Assembly: GCF_018977255.1 (NCBI RefSeq) | Contig: NW_024704743.1 | Coordinates: 76,260,001 to 76,324,000 of the forward strand | Direction of reading: 5' to 3' | Source: Callorhinchus milii | Lineage: Eukaryota | DNA: 64,000 nucleotides | Shown: piece after piece, positions 49,443 to 60,088 of the stretch | How positions within the stretch are numbered: the first letter of the stretch is position 1 | Layout: each line of letters begins with the position of its first letter | Made by a program: the position numbers and the translations under genes | The notes under the pieces: model-generated | Told to the model about the DNA's origin: nothing | Databases searched by the model: none | The model's input: only the letters and a program-made list of their open reading frames with translations

Positions 49443-49534
49443 CTGTTACAAGCAGTTTAGTCCCAGTGCCGAATATTTTCTTATCAGCATATCCATATTC
49501 GTTTAGCACAGTGTTACAATGTCAGACTAAAACC
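49443..49534 (-). other. TRGJ: J-gamma segment (LNEYGYADKKIFGTGTKLLVT) + 12-RSS
   Basis: Coding 49443-49506, donor GTAAGA, RSS CACAGTG-12-ACTAAAACC. Confidence 0.93.
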
Positions 49535-49817
49535 TCATAGCTCACACATTGCTAAGATGTTCCAGCACCAACAACAGGTCACAGCTCAATACCTCTGCAC
49601 TCCAACCCTCAGTTTGGATGTTGTAGTCAAGCGGAACCTGTATAATCTCCCCTGAAACTACCATAATTTCACAAGAGAGTTACAGATCCGCCTTCAACAA
49701 GCCTGAACTCTCGGTGTTATAGTGTCACTGCTGTCTTAGAAATCCACCAATATCGGATTAACGAACCAACAAAAAGGTAGTCAGTCGTAAAGTAAAGTGT
49801 ACTGTATAGAAGCTTAC

Positions 49818-49892
49818 CTGTAACTATCAGTTTAGTTCCTCCGCCGAACACCTTACCAGACGCCCACAGTGGTACAATGCTATACAATAAAT
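49818..49892 (-). other. TRGJ: J-gamma segment (ASGKVFGGGTKLIVT) + 12-RSS
   Basis: Coding 49818-49864, donor GTAAGC, RSS CACAGTG-12-ACAATAAAT. Confidence 0.93.
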
Positions 49893-49926
49893 GCACGGCA
49901 AGCAGCACCCCTGACCCAGCACTCAC

Positions 49927-49975
49927 CAGTAACACCAGGTTTAGTTCCAGTGTCACCGATCTTCCATGAATTCAA
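49927..49975 (-). pseudogene. J-gamma pseudosegment (SWKIGDTGTKPGVT)
   Basis: Donor GTGAGT is intact but FGxG has decayed and no recognisable RSS is present. Confidence 0.6.
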
Positions 49976-50274
49976 CCTGGAGACTCATTACTTACAGTAA
50001 CAAAGCAGTACGTGCTGCTAACTCGGTGACATTCCCATTCAGTACCTATCCCCCACACCCCACTCCCACCTTATTCAGCTCCTCACCTCACCCCCATCCC
50101 AACCACAGTTAGGGACCCAGGCAGTTAATTACACAAAGCCCTTTGAGATATCTCCATGAGGTGAAGTACATGGAAACTGTTATTGCGGTCCACGCCAAAT
50201 GCAGATAACCATTTAAAATAAGCTCACAGAAATCCGCAAGTAACGGGAAAGTTGTCCAATAGCCGCAGCCTTAC

Positions 50275-50359
50275 CTGTTACAATGAGTTTAGTTCCAGTG
50301 CCGAAATACTTGATCCATGCACCCGAGGTATCACAGTGTTATATCACCTCACAAGAACT
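50275..50359 (-). other. TRGJ: J-gamma segment (TSGAWIKYFGTGTKLIVT) + 12-RSS
   Basis: Coding 50275-50331, donor GTAAGG, RSS CACAGTG-12-ACAAGAACT. The W-I-K-x-F pattern resembles mammalian J-gamma segments. Confidence 0.94.
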
Positions 50360-50499
50360 AACCACAATCCAGTGATGCCACTAACACAGCAGCTTACTTT
50401 CCTTACAGACCTCACTGAGAGCTTGGAAGGGTAAACTCCAACAATTGGCAGTTGGCAATTGCCTGAACCAAAGCATCATCATTTGCACAGCAAACTCCC

Positions 50500-50540
50500 C
50501 TGTAACGATGAGCTTAATTCCAAACTTTGCACTTTTTCAA
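50500..50540 (-). pseudogene. J-gamma relic (AKFGIKLIVT)
   Basis: FG followed by a short deletion then KLIVT. The donor has mutated to GGGAGT. Confidence 0.55.
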
Positions 50541-50823
50541 CCAAACGTCAAAAGTAACTGGTGTTCATAGCTACCTGTATTATCAACCTTGTTTTTAATC
50601 TAATTTTCCAGCTCTTTCCCCATATCCCTTAATATTTTTAATATTTAAATTGTTCAACTGCTCATCCAAATATTTAATTGGCCGGGAATCCAACCCCAAC
50701 CAACGGGAAAGGCAACGTTACACCTTACATTCATGAACCAGGATCTTCCTAGTTATGGGTTGCTAAACACGCCACACTTACACGTAAACACATGAACATT
50801 GTTCCTCAAACCAAATAGCTTAC

Positions 50824-50909
50824 CTGTAACAATAAGTTTAGTTCCAGGACCGAATATCTTTCTCCATACACCTCCAGTTACCACAATATTACATCACCAT
50901 ACAATAACT
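50824..50909 (-). other. TRGJ: J-gamma segment (V-proximal; VTGGVWRKIFGPGTKLIVT) + 12-RSS
   Basis: Coding 50824-50881, donor GTAAGC, RSS CACAATA-12-ACAATAACT. Confidence 0.9.
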
Positions 50910-52554
50910 ATACCTTCTGCCTTTAAACTTGTCAAGAGTCTCACTCCATCACAATATCACGATGATCTACTCAATACCTTTATTCCCATTGCAAACTTTA
51001 CAGCAATTGTAACTGCACAAAAGCCCAAAATTGGAAAGTCGTTTCTGATGGGAGAGAAGTGACTGGTTTTTGCAGGGTCCGGTCCATGCCCTCCCCCCAC
51101 TGTAGACAAATTTACTTGGCACCACATTACTTTCAAATATAGGATTGATTAACGTTTGAACAGACAAATCACTTATCCCTTATACGATATACAGAATCAA
51201 AATCATATTACCAGATTCAACTCTGGGCAGCAGCAACAGGTCCTGGAACTCCTGCAATCCACCACTACACCCACTGGAGAAAGCCCTCTTTCCTTACAGA
51301 CCTCACTACTCCTCCCCTTCCCTTTAGTGGTCACTTTCTTACTGGATGTAAATTCCCTCACTCCTGTACATATACATAGATACAGTAGAATCAATATTGA
51401 TTCCACTGGGAAGTGCGCTGACCCTTTACACAACTCCAACTATCTCAAAGTTATATATTTTATGTGTTTCTTACTTCGCCTCCCCTTGTCACAGAGATAG
51501 CCCCACCTTTCACAGGCTGCTAGCGATCTTTTTGCAGGCTCTTTTAGCATGGGAAAATAACTGATAAGGAGAAAGATATGCACAGCTAATTGGGAGGATT
51601 CCTTTCCTGTTTCTTAGTCTCGAGCTAATCAGATTTCCAAGAGTGCGCTTCTCTCTCTCGGATGCTCACATCTTAATTCCTAGATGGGAGGATAACAATG
51701 GACCCAGGTACCAAGCGAGGGAAAGTTATAAGAACCGGGCCTCAGCCGGGGTCAAGCCAATATATCCTTAACTTTGCTAACACTAATTTGCACATGTACC
51801 CTCTCAGGGGCCCTAAGTTAGTCATTTAAAAACACACACCCTTGTCTTTGCCCTAATAGCTAAGGAATGCTATACTAAACAGATTATATGTGTTTGGTTA
51901 TATTTTAAAAGTATACTAATCAAAAAACTTAAAAACAGTAAGCATCACAAATATAATCTTACACCACCCCAAAGTTTGACACTTTATTTGTACATAGAGA
52001 AGGTTTCTATGTAACCTATAAAAACAAAGCATTATTTTGGTTGGAATTTAAAAAAATAAATTATTATGAATATATTATTATTAATAATAATCATCATTGG
52101 ATTTGATGTAGTGCCTTATTGCTTCATCAAGACACCTCAAAGTGCTTCACAGGATATATTGTAAAGTGGTGTGCCTGTGGGAGAACCAGGCAGCCAATTT
52201 GAGCAGTGTCCCACAAATAGTCATGGAGTAAGTGATCAATTTTATTTGAAGATTGTTGGCTAGAACATGCGATAAACCCCTTACTCCTTTTAACTAGTGC
52301 CATGGGATATTGAATGACCATCTGGAAAGCCGACTTTAACTTTTTTTCTGAAAATATATAGTTATTTATAAATATAATATTTAGTATAACAGAAATCCAA
52401 AACAAACACATCTTTTGTTACAATTTTTTTCCCCTTTTCTCCTGATACAAAAAACATTCAGTTGTTTACGGTGCATTCCTTCTCCACACATAGGTTGTGC
52501 ACACGTTTTTTGTGACGTTCCCTTTAACACAGTCGGGAGTCGCCCCTGTGTACA

Positions 52555-53390
52555 CCACATCCATGTGTGCTGCCCAAACATCTGTAGGACAGTCACAGTC
52601 AACGGGTACGAGACTGAGCCATTCCCCACAAGTCTGGAGTGAGACAGGGTTATCTCCTATCCCCCACCCTGTTTGTCTGCTGCATCAAACCCTTTCCACA
52701 GGCCATCAAGAGGAACGAGAGCATCAGAGGTGTCACCATCCCTGGTAGCCACAGCACATAAGCCAAGGCCTCCCTGTATATGGATGATGTCACCGACTTT
52801 TGCACAGACCAAAAATCGGTCTTGAGTCTTCTAGGCATTTGCAACCGGTTTGAACAAGCCTCAGTAGCCAAGGTCAACTGCCAGAAAAGCGAGGTAATGT
52901 ATTTTGGAGACTGGAAAGAGCGCAGCCTCATACCTTTTGCGGTGAAGCCAGACTGCATCAAAGTCCTCGGCATCAGGTGCGAGGCTGCTGGGACTTGCCA
53001 AAAAAGAACAGACCTGATCGGGAGGTACCTTGCTGCAAAGACCCTGGACCACCTCTTCCTGGAGAGTTGTTTCGCAAAGGAGGTTTGGAAAAAGATGGAA
53101 TGGATTCTCTTGCAGTTTGTCCCTGGGGATCCACTGTCATGGCACTCGGTGCTGTATGGCCTCTTCCCGGGCACTCAAAGCACAACCCACAGCGAGTGTG
53201 CCTAGAGGATCATATACTCGGTAAAGGAGGCACTTTGGCACTCCCGAAACCAGGTGTTCTTCTGGCAGAACGAGGGGATGGTGAGAGCCTGTCTCAGGCT
53301 TGCGCACACTAGGATCAGGGATTATATACTGAGGGACAAGCTGAAGTTTGGCTCAATCACGGCAAAGGCCAGATGGGCCTGACCCCTGCA
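52555..53390 (+). mobile_element. Tx1/L1-clade LINE fragment with internal deletion
   Basis: SGVRQG..LSP.LFV, KASLYMDDVTDF, KVNCQKSEVM and IKVLGI joined directly to the zinc-binding TLDHLFLESCFAKEVW region. Confidence 0.85.
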
Positions 53391-54166
53391 CAACCCACTC
53401 ATGGTGCACCTACCGGGTAGCCCATGAGCATACCCAAAATTGACTGAAGTAAGGGTACAGAAGGACGCTTGAGATGTAACCAAAGAGGGTCCCGAAAATG
53501 TATATATGGTAAACATGTGCGAGTATGGTGCACATTAGGGCACGTTCTGAAGGCGGAAGGCACGCTTTATCAGGCTGGACAGGCAACTTTAACAGGCAGG
53601 ACAGCCAGGTTTAATGCCTCGGTTTGTTGTTCTTTTGAGATTCACTCTCCTCAGTCATCCTTGTTGGATACTTCTTTAAGAGTAAATGGACGATTAACAA
53701 AGGGCCAATAAGAAAAAGGGTAGAAAGGACAAAACGACACTAGGAGTGGGACAAAATGTGCAGCTACTAACACACCTTTGTAATCTGTCCCAAAGAAAAC
53801 TCAACTTTCAAAAGATCTTGAGGAATGTGTTGCTAGCAGCTTTTTAAGTAAAGATGCAAAAGACAAAAGGAAATGTTTTATATCTTAAAAATACAGTACA
53901 GTAGTAATTGATTATTTATTCTATTATTGCTGATAGTAGACTATGTACTTCTGAATTTTTATCACCATTTTTACACAGCATTTAAGTAATGTATTCACTG
54001 TTGAATGTAACGAGGTGCTTCTTCCTAATTTATAATTTTGCAAAAAAAGAATAATTTTAAATACAATTTCAAGGTGTGAGCTGATTCTCTTCATCTATAA
54101 CATTTCATGTGGGAAATAACTTCTCTTTCATTTAAAAGAAAATTATTTCTATACTTAGGAATACAT

Positions 54167-54487
54167 TGGAGTCCTGTAGCTCAGTGGTTAGAGCACTCGC
54201 TTTGCAAGTGAGAGACCTGAGTTCAGTTCCAGGCAGGGCGAAACTTTGGGCAAGTTTCCTTACTCCACACGCCTAATAATAATCCCTCCAAAACCCAAAA
54301 ACAATAATAAATTGGTCATTTTCAATCTACGACTGTTTGTGGGACATTGCTGTGCGCAATTGGCTGCCGCGTTCGCCCACAAATATACAGTCAATTCACT
54401 TTACAGTGTGTTCTGTGAAGCGCTTTGGGACGTCCTCCCGACGTGAAAAGCGCTATATCAAATGCAAGGATTATTATTATTATTATT
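54167..54487 (+). mobile_element. tRNA-Ala-derived SINE, full length, young
   Basis: Same head, body and tail as above. Confidence 0.92.
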
Positions 54488-54498
54488 GATTTGGATTG

Positions 54499-55900
54499 AG
54501 TATATTACATGGTGTCAGAAATGGACTGACTTTGGACTGAATTGGACTAGGAGATTGGAAGCCGAGTTAAAGAAACAAAATGCAGACTGGAACAATAGAA
54601 TGCGAGACCATGGAAAGTTACGTGCAAATACCAAGGCCATTGAAGTTAACTGGCAACCTGAAGCATAATTGGAACTGGTTTGAATAGAATTTCACAAAAT
54701 TTGCTTTAGCCACCAAAATGCTGCAGCTACCAAGAAAACAGCAAGCTGTTATTTTTCTAAATGTAGCGAGAGAAGATGCCAGAGAATACTTTGAGACCAT
54801 AGAAAGGGATATAGACATGTCTTTAGATGATATAATGAATATAATGAGAGAAAGGTGTTATGGACAGAACAATATAACCATTGACAGATTTAACTGTCAC
54901 TCAGCAAAACATGCAATTATGGAGCTCTGAGGGACAAGATGATAAAAGATCAAATTGTGATAGGGATTAAAGACAACAGAATAAAGGGCAAACATCTGAT
55001 CACATATAGTCACCTCTCCCCCATCATTTTTTTCTACACTTGATTGTTCTTCGGGTTACTGGCAAGTTAAGCTGACAAAAAGCAGTGTGTACTTAAATTA
55101 CATAGACAATATATTAATATCTGGAAGGACTAGGAAAGAGCATGATGAACGTCTAGCAAAATTACTACATGCTTAGATGAGAATGTAAAATTAAATAGAG
55201 AAAAGTGCAAAATAGGCAAAGCGGAGGTCAATTATCTAGGACATATAGTAACACAGAAAAGATTAAAAACGGATCCAAAAAATGTTGAAGCAATATCAAA
55301 GATGCCAGCATCTCATGATAACAGAGGGGTTAATGGGACTAATGGGAATGGTAAACTGGATTATCTCAAATGTGACAGAAATCATGGGACTAATAAGGGA
55401 ATTGGTAGAGGCAGATAGGGAATTTATTTTGGGGAAAGAACAGCAGAAGGCATTTAGTAAAATAAAAGAAGCTATTACAAAAGCCCTGGATTAACATTTA
55501 TGATATAAATGATACAATAAGATAGAAGTAGATGTAAGCAAAATAGAATTTGCGGTGTTCTTAATACAAGCGGGCATTGTCGAAAACAGAATAAAACTAT
55601 GCACAAACAGAAAAAGATTGTTAACAGTACTTTTTGGGAGTGAGAGATTTAAACAATATGTGTTTTGGAAAAAGATAACTGTTGAGAATAATCATAAGGA
55701 GCAATTTTAAAAAAGGCCTCAATGAAATGCCTCTGAGATTGGAAAGAATGTGTATAATATAGAATATTGACTTACAACAAGCTTGTCCTTCAGCAATGTG
55801 GGCTGCTGTTAGTGATAAGAAAATAGGATTTTCATTAAACAGTTCACAACATTGACTATATTCAAGTTCTACATAATTTTTAAAAACAATAAGAAATGCC
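54499..55900 (+). mobile_element. Gypsy/Ty3 LTR retrotransposon internal remnant
   Basis: PBS-like CA|TGGTGTCAGAA at 54499, a gag-like stretch, and RT pieces YIDNILISG and KCKIG..EVNYLGHIV...TDPKNV, all with many stops. Confidence 0.75.
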
Positions 55901-56062
55901 AAACTCAGAGACCTTCCCACTTGGGTATTTATGTTGGGCTGATTGAAGTTCCTTATCAGTCCTGTCTTCTTCTCACTAACATGTTAATGATCGGAATTGC
56001 ATCGGTCAGCAGACCATGTGTGAACGTACCACAAGTAGCCTCCAAGATTGTGTAGAACTATT

Positions 56063-56382
56063 TAATAAATAATAATAATAATCCTTGCATTTGATATAGT
56101 GCTTTTCACGTCTTCTCAACGTCTCAAAGCGATTCACAGAATAGACTGTAAAGTGAATTGACCGTATATTTGTGGGCGAAACGCGGCAGCCAATTGCCCA
56201 CAGCAGTGTCCCACAAACAGTCGTGGATCGAAAATGACCAATTTATTATTGCATTGTTTTGAAGGGATTATTATTAGGCGTGTGGAGTAAAAAAACTTGC
56301 CCAAGTTTCGCCCTGCCTGGAATTGAACTTAGGTGTCTCGCTTGCAAGGCGAGTGCTCTAACCACTGAGCTACAGAACTCCA
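56063..56382 (-). mobile_element. tRNA-Ala-derived SINE, full length; a truncated head of a second copy follows at 56405-56437 (+)
   Basis: Reverse complement of the family consensus seen in this window. Confidence 0.9.
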
Positions 56383-58325
56383 CAACCCAATGATGACCAA
56401 TTTGTGGAGTCCTGTAGCTCAGTGGTTAGAGCACTCGGTCAAGTGGGGCTCTGGATCCACTGAAATTGAAGGGAACTTAAAAATTCTGATCCAGCAGCTG
56501 ACTGCTGCATTTCAGGTCTTAGGTAATAATAGCTGATGTAAAACAGCCAAGGTTTTAAATCAAAACTGTACAGCATTTATTTTAGAGCATATATTATTTG
56601 TGAGCAGCACTAGCTCTGGATAATTCATATCTAATACTTCCACTACTTTTGCGTCTGAACGAAGCATTTGCTTTCAGCGCCTTGGGATGTCCTCCCAATG
56701 TGAAAAGGCTGTATACACATGTAATTTTGTTGTTGTTGTTTTAAATATGAAACATTTACACTTACTTTATCCACTCAGACTGCCAACGTTAGGCAGGACT
56801 TGGAGTGGGTCAAACAGTTTTGGCTCCAAAATGCCAAGTTTCAAAGTTAGGTGGATAGGTGCTTGCTTTAGGCAAATATAAGTACTGCCAAAGATTGCAT
56901 TTCTCACAACAATATTCATGTCAAGTGATTTTGTTAAATCAATGGCATTTCTTACCTAACCATCGGGGAAACAACTTGCTTTCTGTGTTATGGGGAAATG
57001 GTGTCCTGTCATTTAGTCAAATCTGTTACCTTTCATGCGTTAGCCTAGCTTTTCAGGTGTCTCAAAGCCCTAGTCTGCTTTTGTTTCACGTGTTTGTTAG
57101 GGTTTACATAGCTGATGACATGCTAACTAAAATAAAGTTGGCATTAGTTTTTCGGAATGGGAATTTTCTTCAGTTTGAAACAGACCTGGTGAGGTTTCAA
57201 GATATGGTCGATCTGATAAACAAAGATTTAGTTTCCACAACACCACCCACTTAACAGACTTCAGTGTCTCCCCAATTCACTGGTGATGTTTTAAACTGGC
57301 CAAACGGATCAAACCTATCCCAGTTCCATTAATCCTGGACACAGTATCACCACACAATGTAACTTCCAAACCCCAGATCTGCAGAATCATACCAATGCCA
57401 ATCTCAGACTATCTCAGACCAAGGTACAGTTACTGTAGTTTCAATACCGATAGGATTACATGACAGGTTTTGGGAGGGGAGTAAGATAACCTTGGCACAC
57501 TTATATAAAGGATGATAATTCAATTACAATATTATCACATTGGCTGTACAAAGTATGATCAGATAGCTGAGCATCAAACTTGGAATTTGTAAAGCGTTAG
57601 GTTGTATGCCTTGTGGCTCTCTTAGCTTCACATTCAGTAAAATGTGTAAAATGTTTGCTGCGAAGTGGAGGTAAGCATGATCTCTTTGGGGGTCACTAGC
57701 TCTGAGTAGGTATGCCATGGTGAACCCACTGCATTGTTTATTATTTACCAATTTATCTGTCTTAATGGTGAGACTTGGAGGAATAGAGGTATAGAGCTCT
57801 AAAGAACCAAATCATAATGAACAGTGTAGTCCTAGTTGGACATGGATTGTGAAACTTAACAGGTTTTGGTTCATCACAATTTTATAGTTCAAAATGAATT
57901 AAGTAAAATGTATGAAGGCAAATCAAAAGTTATGAATTTGATTGTCATGGGAATTTTGTGTTCTGATTCTTGCCTTAATGGCTCAAGAAGCAAGCTTTTG
58001 ATGACAAAGGCAAGTATTTACAGGGAACAGAGAAAGGGTTCAAGAGTGTGAACTCTGCAGCAGGTCTGCAGACCAAAGTGTATTATCAAATAGTCCACAG
58101 ATTGAAAAGGAAACACAATAAGCAATGTTATAGAATTAAGATTATAGGTGGATATCTGTAAATTGGACAGGTGGGAAAATGATGCTGGACAAAGGTGGCT
58201 TGCCACAACACTGACAGAACCTAGGACCAGGGAACACTGAGCAACATAACAATAATAATAACAATAATAATGGTTCTGAAGCTGAAAAATAGGGTTTATG
58301 GCAGCTTCCAGGAAATACCAATGGT

Positions 58326-58770
58326 GTGGTTTGGGATCTGAAAAAAGGAACTTTTATTACTGTGGTATCATAATATGCATAGTAATATGTGTCTGTCATT
58401 AATTTAACTTTATTGATTCTAAGGATGTAAGTATTATTGGTCTTTATGTTTTGGCACTAATTTATGGAGCAAGTGCATTGTCTTCCTCATTATCATTACT
58501 GAGACAAGTACTGCATTTGTTTCATGTAGTTTTATTTGTGTTGGATATAAATATTCCCTGTCTTTCCCTTCCAAATCACATACTGTCAAACCTCAGCGGC
58601 CTGGGCTAAAGTGGCCTTTATATAAGAGTGGCCTATGAGTTAGGCGGTGTGTGTAGAATTTCTAAATGTATAAAAAAATACAGTGCATATATGAACCCAT
58701 AAATTAAACTATTTTTAAGTAAACATTACATCTAATTGCAAATAATAATTAAGTTACAATTACAAGTCAT
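58326..58770 (-). pseudogene. Decayed V-gamma gene (leader relic, V-exon relic, degenerate 23-RSS)
   Basis: Minus-strand pieces LTHRPLL...PGR*GLTVCDLEGKD.GNIYI...YILRINKVKLMTDTYYYAYYDT, then CACAGTA (58364-58358), 23 nt and CCAAACCAC. Stops and frameshifts are present and the second Cys has become Tyr. Confidence 0.65.
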
Positions 58771-59605
58771 GACTGTTTCCTGAAGAAGTCCATTATCATT
58801 TTCTAGTGGATGCATGCTATATTCTAACTGTTTCTCATAAAGCTTGGCTTCTTGAAAGGGTGTCGGTACAATGGCACAAGGTATAAAATGACTAAAAGAG
58901 TTGCCATTGGTTGCATTAGACAGGTTTATTATGCAAAATCTGTCCAGGCTGTTCCAGAGTGGTTGTTAACAGGGGGTGGCTGCTGCATGGAGATGGTTGC
59001 TTGAACAGGACCACTGTCAATCTGACAGACTTCCTATTGGACATCAAGTCCTGGTTGAGTCTTAACTTTTTCCAACATTGACAAAACCAAGGCTATCCTA
59101 CTCAGCTCCTCCAGTGTCTCGTCATTTCAGGAATTAACCCTATTGACGTCCCAATTCTTCATTCAGACTTACAGAGCTTATGCAGAATCTTGGCATTTTG
59201 TTCAACTGTCAACTCTCCTTCAAGCCTTCCATTTAGGCTGTGACCAACTCCATGTTCTTCCATTTTCACAGCATTGACTGCCTCCATCACTTTCTTCATG
59301 GCCTAGTCTTGCTCTCACTTTCAACATTTTAAGTACAAAGTAATTTGTTTCACAATTTAATTTATTACACCAAGTTACAAATACTACTAAGGCCACAAAC
59401 ACCAAAAATATGCATTTCTAAAACCCATGGTACATAAAACATTTATTCATTCTGTTGCATATAACGCTCAAAAATAGCTGAATTGTGAAAATAAAGAGGT
59501 TCCTATTTAAGTTCTAGGCAGATTGTTAAACAGATAAAAATCTCAAATTGTTGCCAATGTGTTTTTCTGTGTTAACAGCTTGAGGAGTGCAAAGACAAAG
59601 CTGAT

Positions 59606-60088
59606 GGTTTTTGTATGGGTTTCCTGTAGTTTTCTGTCATTGTGAAGACCATAAAGCACAGTAATAGACCCCAGTATCAGCCTCCCTGGTGTCTAGTATT
59701 ATAAGATTGCAGGATTTGGTTTGTTCAACTTTTTCGACAAAGAATCTGGCTTTAAAAGCAGAATCAATCTCCTTCTTTTGTTGATTCTGAAAATAGAGTA
59801 TCCACTGGAGCTTTTTATCTGCAGATTTACGATACCAGTGAACAAAATCAGTATTTAAAGTTTTGCTGTCAATAATACAGGGAATCTGCACAGTTTTGTT
59901 CAGTTTACTGGTCAATGATAATCGAGGCTGACTCAAGGCAACAGATCCATCTGAAAGAGAAACACACATAATATTATTTTAAAATACAAAATAATAATAA
60001 GAAAATAAAATGATTAACAGGAAAAAATGATCTTAAAACACTAACATAAAAAAGAGGCGATCAAAATTACGGCAAAATAAATCTTCAT
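59606..60088 (-). CDS. TRGV: T-cell receptor gamma variable gene (J-proximal intact V): leader 60088-60046, V exon 59950-59645, 23-RSS 59644-59606
   Basis: Leader MKIYFAVILIASFL|gttagt. V exon GSVALSQPRLS...IPC...FVHWYRK...DTGVYYCALWS. RSS CACAATG-23-ACAAAAACC. Confidence 0.95.

Noticed and set aside
57051-57254. + strand VSQSPSLLLFHVFVRVYIA resembling an Ig V N-terminus
   Set aside because: There is no Cys23, no Trp41, no YYC and no RSS, and it is in the wrong orientation for the locus; judged coincidental.
57250-57760. Weak integrase-like words on the minus strand (HGIPTQ...SKHFTHF)
   Set aside because: Too degenerate to support a call without a profile search; possibly an old LTR-element remnant.
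50910-59600. Search for D segments (short sequence between paired RSSs)
   Set aside because: The heptamer-like words found (e.g. CACAGTA/CACAATG near 57340-57355) lack correctly spaced nonamers. V-23/J-12 signals already allow direct V-J joining.
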